Assembly (NCBI RefSeq): GCF_009914755.1
Contig: NC_060930.1
Direction: 5' to 3' (one strand)
Length of the DNA stretch: 64,000 nt
DNA from: the human T2T-CHM13v2.0 reference genome, Homo sapiens
The notes under the pieces were generated by a model. The model made no database searches. It worked only from the letters and a program-made list of their open reading frames with translations, and was not told where the DNA came from. The translations under genes were made by a program, and so were the position numbers. This document shows, piece after piece, positions 55,691 to 64,000 of this stretch (position 1 is its first letter; each line of letters opens with the position of its first letter).

Positions 55691-56636
55691 TGGAAGTAAA
55701 TCTGGCACCTGATTTCTAATCCTAGCTCTTCTAAGAATTTGTTTATTGTTTAACAATAGTTCTGCATGGCTTATCTTATTCTTTTTGCATCATTTTTTTC
55801 TCTTTCTTCCACTGGATTACTAATGACAGCTGTCTCTGGACAAATATTAATTAATCACTTTCCTTGCTACTTATGTTTGTAGATTACCATTTGCTTAATA
55901 CTGTTGGCATTTCAGTGGCTAAGGTCTGTTGGCTGGATTTTAATATGGATCTTCCTGATGCCCAATTCCAAATTTAACGACAGGAGTACAGTGAATTTCA
56001 GTATAATATAAATAACCTAGAAATAACTGTGACTATTTGTGTGCTATACTATAGATACTTATATCTATATGTATAGATGTAATATAAATAACCATACTAT
56101 GTTCTGCTATAGATGCTATTGTGCTATGCTCTTGAAAAAGAAACTGAAAAATAATTTTCCCACTTTGATCCCATACACAATTTTTTTTCCAGGGGAGATT
56201 TATGCTTTGAGGTTAGCTAACTTTGGTTCCAATTCTGAATGCAAGCCACACCCACTTTCCTAAAAAGCATACTAATCCTTCCAGATGGCACCTCTGTATT
56301 TTGCTCCTAATTTTTCTTGTCAGTTGGCAGTGGAGTGTCTCAAGTGTTAGAATTAGTAAACACTAATGGCATGCAATCTAATTGGTAGCAATATATCTGA
56401 GTGGCATCCATATCTGAATCCTGAAGACACTCACTCTTTATTTGCTTGCTTATTACTATCTAGTCATCCTGGTTTTGTAAACTTCCTGGAGGGTTACTGG
56501 TGAAGCTGCATATTTTTCATGTACTGTCCTCCCTGGAGAATTATCATATTTCAAACATGGGATTGCCTAGAGAAACCAATATCTACATTCCCTCCTGTAT
56601 TAGTCTGTTCTTGCACTGCTACAAAGAAATATTTGA

Positions 56637-57397
<761 letters not shown>

Positions 57398-57829
57398 TGA
57401 GACTGGATAATTGCTAAAGAAAATGGTTTAATTGGCTCATGGTTCCACAGGCTGTTCAGGAAGCACGGTTTGGGAGGCCTCAGGAAACCTACAATCATGG
57501 CAGAAGGTGAAGGGGAAGCAGGTACATCTTCACACGGCCAGAGCAGGAGGAAGAAAAGAAGAGGGAGGTGCTACACACTTTTAGACAATCAGATTTCCCT
57601 AGAACTCACTCACTATCACGAGAACAGCAAGGGGGAAATCTGCTTCCATGATCCAGTCAGCTCCCACCAGACCCCTCCTCCAACACTGGGGATTAGAGTT
57701 TGAGATTTGGGTGGGGACAAAGACCCAAACCATATCACCTCCCATGGCCATTCAAAAGGCAATGTGCCAGAAATTTTCCATTTCCTCCTCAAGCCTCACC
57801 CTTCTCCTGAGCTCTGTCTATATTTTGTC

Positions 57830-58180
57830 TACAGATTCTCATACCATCTGGTTTCTGGTTAGGTTCAGCCAGTGGGGAGCCCAGGAAGGTTATCAGAGGG
57901 AGAAGAGTGAGGACAAGAATTTTTTCCTTTGGCTTCCTTCCTGGGTAGTTCCCTCAGGCTGGGTGAGAACGTTGATAAAAGGTCACACTCAAGGACTCTC
58001 TTCTAGACTGTTCTTTCTCCATTTGCATTTTGGTAGCCCTCTCTTTGCTACTAGCATGAGATTCCTTCACTATTCCATGTGTTTCTCCTACTTTTGTAAG
58101 AAGTTCCTTTTTAATAAATTTTTCCTGAATGAGTTTAGCTCAACTGTCCATCTGTTTTCTACTGGGACCCTGAGGGATAG
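57830..58180 (+). mobile_element. LTR33-like ERVL LTR fragment
   Basis: CTGGTTTCTGGTTAGGTTCAGCCAGTGGG...CCATCTGTTTTCTACTGGGACCCTGA. Confidence 0.5.
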
Positions 58181-58744
58181 GGGCAAGAAAGGGGTTTTGG
58201 TGTTACTGCATCTTTAAATAAAGCTCACTCAGCCTATACTTGCAATTTTCCATCTTTGGTTGTGACAGTTCTGGGTGACACTATTTCAGTATGTGTCATG
58301 AAATTCTCCAAACAATTTCCACTGTAATTCTAAAACAAAAATTTGACATTTAAAACCTGTAACAGGTGGGAGTGAAGGAGTGTGACTATTAGAATCATTG
58401 GCTCAGTCATTCTTAAGATGATAATTGGCCATTAAAGGAGGCACATTCTAGAAGGCTGGGCAAGAGTCCAAGAAGTAACAAACACGTGCCCAAGGACTAC
58501 TCAGGTCTAGACCATGACAGATATTGGCTATTGTGAATGAGAGAATAGTTGCTTTGCCTGAAGCTATTCAATTTCAAATCAATAAAGAAGCTGCAAAATT
58601 AGCAAAACCAAGCTATAATTTTTTGGATGCAAGCGCAGTGGTAAAACTGCAGTGAAAAGTAACATTATGTTTATCAATGATTGTAAATCAAGTGGGTGGC
58701 TATGTCCAAGCTGGAGAGGGAGGGTTTTGTCATCAGGCACACAA

Positions 58745-59126
58745 GGGTATTTCTGGGCCACTGTAACAAAATGCCACAGACTGGGGGGTTTATTTGCTCA
58801 CAGTACTGGAGGCTAGAAGTCCAATCAAGGCGTTGGCAGGCATGGTTTTTTCTGAGGCCTCTCTCTTTGGTTTCAAATGGCTGCCTGCTTGTTATGTGTG
58901 CACTTCTGACATCTGTGTGTATATCTGACGTCTCTCTCTGTGTGTGTCCAAATTTCCTCATCTTATAGGGACACCAGTCATCTTGGATTACCACCCACCC
59001 TGATGACTTTATTTAACCTAATTACCTCTTGAAAGGCCCTGTCTCCAAATACAGTCACATTCTGAGGTACTTGGAGTTAGAGCTTCAACACCAGAATTTG
59101 AGAAAGATACAATTCCACCCATAACA
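58745..59126 (-). mobile_element. MLT1A/B-like MaLR LTR
   Basis: CTGTAACAAAATGCCACAGACTGG...CTCCAAATACAGTCACATTCTGAGGTAC...CCCATAACA. Confidence 0.8.
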
Positions 59127-59247
59127 GGTGCTGATATTGTATTTCTTGATCTCAGAGATAGTTTCAGAGGTATTTAATTTATAATTATTTATTAAACTAT
59201 GTACTCATGTTTTATGCCCTTTTATGATTTTTATACTTTATTTCACA

Positions 59248-59355
59248 ATTTTTTTTTTTTTTGAGATGGCGTTTTGCTCTTGTTGCCCAGGCTGGAGAGC
59301 AATGGCACAGTCTCGGCTCACAGCAACCTTCGCCTCTCGGGTTCAAGAGATCCTC
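59248..59355 (-). mobile_element. 5'-truncated Alu (3' end only)
   Basis: Poly(T) plus GAGATGGCGTTTTGCTCTTGTTGCCCAGG; flanking CACAA(A)TTTT. Confidence 0.85.
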
Positions 59356-60059
59356 CACAAATTTTAAAAGTTAAACAAATCAGCATACTGTGCTGGCCAG
59401 AAAAACCCCAGTTATGAGTCCGTGTTTTGGACTCCTTGTATAGGTGAATAACTTTCATTTCTATCAGCATCAAAACTAAGGTATATACTGGAACAAGGCC
59501 AGTTCATCTCCCCAGCACTATTTTTTTCCTCAAAAAAGTTACAGTATAGAATATTTCAGTATAGTGACTCCGAATATCTAATACATAAAGACTTGATCTG
59601 ATTTTATGTTTATTCCTTCTGAATGTTAAAACTGTGTTAATACAGACTCTGGTGTGTGTATAACCCCACACGCACCCCAAACTGCAGACATGAGACGGGC
59701 CACCCTCCTGTGAAAGATGCTTTGAATCTGTCCATTGTGAAACTGATGGTTCTGGTAATGAAGCTGCTCTATTCAAAGAGAACAGAATTTCCAAAAGGAG
59801 CAGGACATCACAATTGAGAGGTGGAGAAATGTTCTGTTTTCAATGCTGGCCGAAGCAAAAGGATGCTCATCACAAAGCAGAAGGTTGTCCTAGTGTGTTC
59901 ATTTCCACATTCTCCATACAGATACTCTAAAGTGTAATGGGATTTTGCGTTATCTGTTCTTAGTAGGGAGGACTGAAAATTAGGTGATGTGGTGTTATGT
60001 GAAGGGCACCAAAAGCCTTGCTTCCCCCAGGACAGCTTCCTCCTCAGCAAGGTCTAGAA

Positions 60060-61370
60060 TAAGAGATTCCCATCATTCTCCAGCAGTGGGCCAGGTAATG
60101 GGATGCACAGATAAAGCAGATGCAATTCCCATCCTTAGGAGGCTGTCGACTGAGAGAATCAGGTAGGTAAACTGGTAATGATAATGCAACAGGTAAAGCA
60201 ATAATAGAGGTCGATACAGAGAAATATGAAAATGGAAAGTGATATTCAAAGCAGTTTGGAAATTCAGGGAATTCTTCCTAGAAGTTATTTGCTGGTTAAC
60301 TATAAAGGAGGATGAAAAGTTAACCAGGTTACAAGTCAGGTGATACAGGTCTCAGTGAGAGGGTACTGCATGAAGAAGTCACAGGGGTATTCATCATCTC
60401 AGGGTATATAATACTATGGTAATTTACAAATTTCAAAAGTAAAAAATGGAAAATTTGGTTGGAGAGGTGGAAGAGAAAGAATCTTTGATTTTACGTTAAG
60501 AGTGATGATGCCATATTTCTTTGAGATAGATGTATTAATCTGGCACCTTGTATGGTGGATGGACATAGACAGCAGAATAACTAGTGAGGAGAGAAGATGA
60601 GCATTTGAATTGAGAGGGTGGCAGTGAAGATGGAGGGAGGGAGTGCAGACTTGCAGAATGGGTGGGGCTTGTGAGTGATTAGATGGTGATGGAAGAACTA
60701 AAGGTGGACTGAGTCTCCAAATTCTAGCTGGGATGACTGAATGATAATGCCACTGAGAGAGAGAGAGTACTGGGAGGTCAGGGGCAAGGTTAATCATTTC
60801 AGTTTGGGACCTGATGAATTTGTGGTAAAAGTGTGACACAGGTGAGTGGTTGGATGTATATCCAGGAGAAGTTCAAGAGAAGACTCTTCACTAAGGGTAA
60901 ATATTTGGAAGGCGTTAGTACTCTGGTGCTATTTAAAGTCATGAAAGTAGATGAGATCACCCCATTATAATTACTATGTAGAATAAAAGCAATGGACCAG
61001 GATGAAATCTTTGGAAATACACTCTTTAAAGGATAGGCAGAGGAAGACAAGTCCAAAGAGGAAACAGTGAAGGAACTAAATAGAACAAAGAGAAAAGAAC
61101 CAGGGAAGTCAAATGCAGTGAAAGTCAACAAAGTAGAGAGTTCCAAAAGAGGGAGTAATAAATATCACCAAAATAGCGTGTTAATTCAGTACTAAATAAC
61201 AGAAAAATATTCACTGGAGATTTTTATGACCTTAAATAAAGTAATTCCAGCAAACTGACAAGGGAAGAAGCCAGATTACCGTAGACTGCAGTGAAAGGGA
61301 GATGTGAACAGAGCTGAAGCCTGTACAACTCTTTCGAGACATTCAGGTACAAGGGGAAAGGAAAGATCAG
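60060..61370 (-). mobile_element. L2 long fragment
   Basis: GAGGGTGGCAGTGAAGATGGA, ATTTAAAGTCATGAAAGTAGATGAGATCAC, ACAACTCTTTCGAG. Confidence 0.7.
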
Positions 61371-61384
61371 ATGGTCATTCAAGC

Positions 61385-61546
61385 AGGCAGGGAATGGAAT
61401 TTTCTCTAGAGCCTTTAGAAAGAATAAGACCCGCCAACACCTGGATTTCAGACTTCTGGCCTCCCGAACAGTGAGAGAACAGATCTGTCGTTTTACGCCA
61501 CCATGTTTGTGGTAATTTGCAACAACAGCCATAGGAAACTGATACA
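61385..61546 (+). mobile_element. MLT1 LTR 3' fragment
   Basis: CAGACTTCTGGCCTCC...GGTAATTTG...GCCATAGGAAACTGATACA. Confidence 0.75.
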
Positions 61547-62190
61547 GATGAGCTCAAAGGCATCTAAAAAATAGGCTGCTAGTCTTATCCATGATGTCCT
61601 CCTCCTGCCTTTCCTTCCTTCTTCACCTTCATCACTCTCTTTCACACTTTTCTTCCTCCTCCCTTTCTGAAACTCTCCTTTCTTTTCTTCTTGCATTCTT
61701 TTATTTTTATTCTCCTTGCTGCCATCTTCCTGTTCCCTTACACACACACACACATACACACACACACTCAGCAATAAACTATGTGGAAAAAAACAACAAT
61801 GAATTGTTGTTTACAAGAAACAAGAAAATGCCACATTAATGTTAAGCGCTCCCATGAATAATTTAACTAGGAGTTTTAGTTATTGGATGATCTGGGATGG
61901 CCTAAGGAAGTTAAATTTGACAGCAGTGTAAATAGTTCAAAGAGCCAGTCCTAAGAAGATCAAGGAGGATAGCACTGGAGGTAGAATGAACAGATGTGCA
62001 GATCTTAGGGAACGACATTTTGAGCTCCTCTGTGTGGCTGGAGATCATGGGCAATTATTATTTTAATATACGTCCCAGCCAGAGGAGGACAGGGATGTTG
62101 ACTCTTTTGGTCACCATTGTTGCACACCCCCAGCTGGTTCTAGTACATTGATGCACATACTATTCAGTGGTTACGAATGTAGGACCTAGA

Positions 62191-62328
62191 GGCTGGGCAC
62201 CGTGGCTCACACCTGTAATCCCAGCACTTTGGGAGACTGAGGCGGGCCCATTGCTTGAGCCCAGGAGTTTGAGACCAGCCTGGGCAATATGACAAAACCT
62301 CATCTCTACAAAAAACAAAAAATAAAAA
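62191..62328 (+). mobile_element. FLAM_C Alu monomer
   Basis: Left monomer; TSD GAATGTAGGA(C/T)CTAG. Confidence 0.88.
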
Positions 62329-62354
62329 GGAATGTAGGATCTAGGGTGAGACTG

Positions 62355-62550
62355 CATAGTCTCAAATCCTAGTCCTGCAAGACACTTTCTGTGTAGACTT
62401 TGGGGAAAATTCTAACTTTCAGAACCCATTTATGAAATGGAGAAATAATAATACCAACTTCATGATATAACTGGGAGAATTAATTCAACTTGTAAAAGCC
62501 TGTAAAACATTAAAGCACAATTTGTGGCTTACAGTGTGCAACCCAATAAA
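62355..62550 (+). mobile_element. MIR
   Basis: TCAAATCCTAG...AAATGGAGAAATAATAATACC core. Confidence 0.6.
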
Positions 62551-64000
62551 TATTTACCTTTATTATTATGAGGAGACTCTCAATAAGCACAGGTTGAATG
62601 ATGGGATGATTTCTATAAATGAAATATACTTCACTGACTAAGCTTACAAGAAGTGATGCAAGACAGACTTCTCTTATGCAGAATTCCACTCTGTAGTTCA
62701 TAGTGATAAAAGGATTGCTGATTCTTATTTCAAGCCATTCTTCTTTCCAACTACTATTAGATGCTAAGGGATTATGAGTTTTCACTGACATTTTCTTTTG
62801 CTGTAAGCTTTGAAAAAAGGAGATAAAGGGAGTGTGCATCTGCCATCCTGCATTCTCCACATCTCTCTACAAGCAAATGGTTTTCTTGGATCTAAAACCA
62901 CCTTCGTGGGAAGCAGGTAAAAGTTCTGTTGGGAACGCTTCAAGACTGAAGTATTTGTACCAAAATGCTTCATACTCTAATAAAATATCTGTCATTATGC
63001 TACTTTCATCTAAAGGTTTTGAAACACTTGTAGCATGAATTATGAGATGATGTTTAGGCTGAAAACACATGCCATTTGAAAGGCCATTTTACATTTCTGA
63101 GCACGCCCTACTGATTAAAGTAAAAGAAGAAAAGCTTTATGCAAGGCTAAAGACACAGCTGCAGGGTGTAAGCAATCTCATCTTTTTGTTTTCCTCATCA
63201 TGTCGCTCTGCCTTTTTTTCTTGCTGCCTGAAAGCATGAATGAAATAACAATATGAAAATCAAATTATTTTTTCTTGAATTTGACATGATGCCAAAGTCA
63301 TAATGTTGCTCAATCATGTGCGAAACTTATACGAAATTTTAATGACTTCCAAAAACATTGAAATCAGAAAACTTAATTTAAATTTGTATATAATACATGT
63401 TCAACAAATATTTGTTGACATACTGTAAAAAAACTATATTTGAGGAATGCTCTTTTACGGTTTCTTTTTTTTTTCAGTATTGTTTGAAGTGAGGTTACAT
63501 ACAGAAACAAATGTGAAGGAAACATTCTCTTTTTTGGGCTATTTTAGAATGAACAATATCTCAAAAAAATTAGCAATATGTAGTGACATACAAATTTATT
63601 TATTCTAGTCCCATTATAAGTTCGAAATCTATTATGGCTAACATTTTTGAAAAATTGAAATTTTGAGATCATCGTTCTATAACTGACTAATCCAACAATT
63701 TGTGGTCATTGCATTTCAAACAAATACTGAATCAACATATGATAGCCCGTATTAAAATATGAAACAAATTTAAAAGTATAAAGAACATAAAAAAGAATTT
63801 GTCTAAGGATTCTAATTGGAGAAAGCAAACAAAATGTTACCATTAAATAGAACTTTGTCAGTAAAAGAGGTGAACTCAGATCTGAAAAAAAAAAGTAATT
63901 TTTTTCAGAATGAGGGGTTGTCTTTATATTAGTAGTTACTATATGCATTTTGATTAGTGGCTCTTTCTTGAGCCTCCACAGACATAGTTGCTCTTTAGCC

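Noticed and set aside
63401-63418. 18-bp palindrome TCAACAAATATTTGTTGA
   Set aside because: It resembles the common L2 3'-end motif, so it is not specific

Overview
This is primate (almost certainly human) non-coding, repeat-dense genomic DNA. I find no intact protein-coding gene, RNA gene or CRISPR array, and nearly all listed ORFs are translations of Alu, L1 or LTR repeats. The main element is a 5.6-kb HERV-H provirus on the + strand (41384-47003). It has two LTR7-family LTRs, a His-type PBS, a PPT, a 5-bp TSD (AAATA), decayed gag/pro/pol with the RT YxDD core deleted, and an env remnant. A 5'-truncated L1PA2/3 later inserted 13 bp inside its 5' LTR; its 19-bp TSD copies the LTR terminus and leaves the LTR intact. 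The proviral leader carries a 229-codon ORF resembling the putative ESRG protein. The rest is about 20 Alu/FAM/FLAM copies, L1M/L2/MIR relics, MaLR/ERV1/ERVL LTRs and MER20/MER53 DNA elements. Three multi-layer nested-insertion stacks still have readable TSDs. I see no evidence of a wholly new biological system; the HERV-H 5' junction and leader are the best candidates for follow-up. Repeat family names were assigned by eye from remembered consensus sequences and need RepeatMasker/Dfam confirmation.
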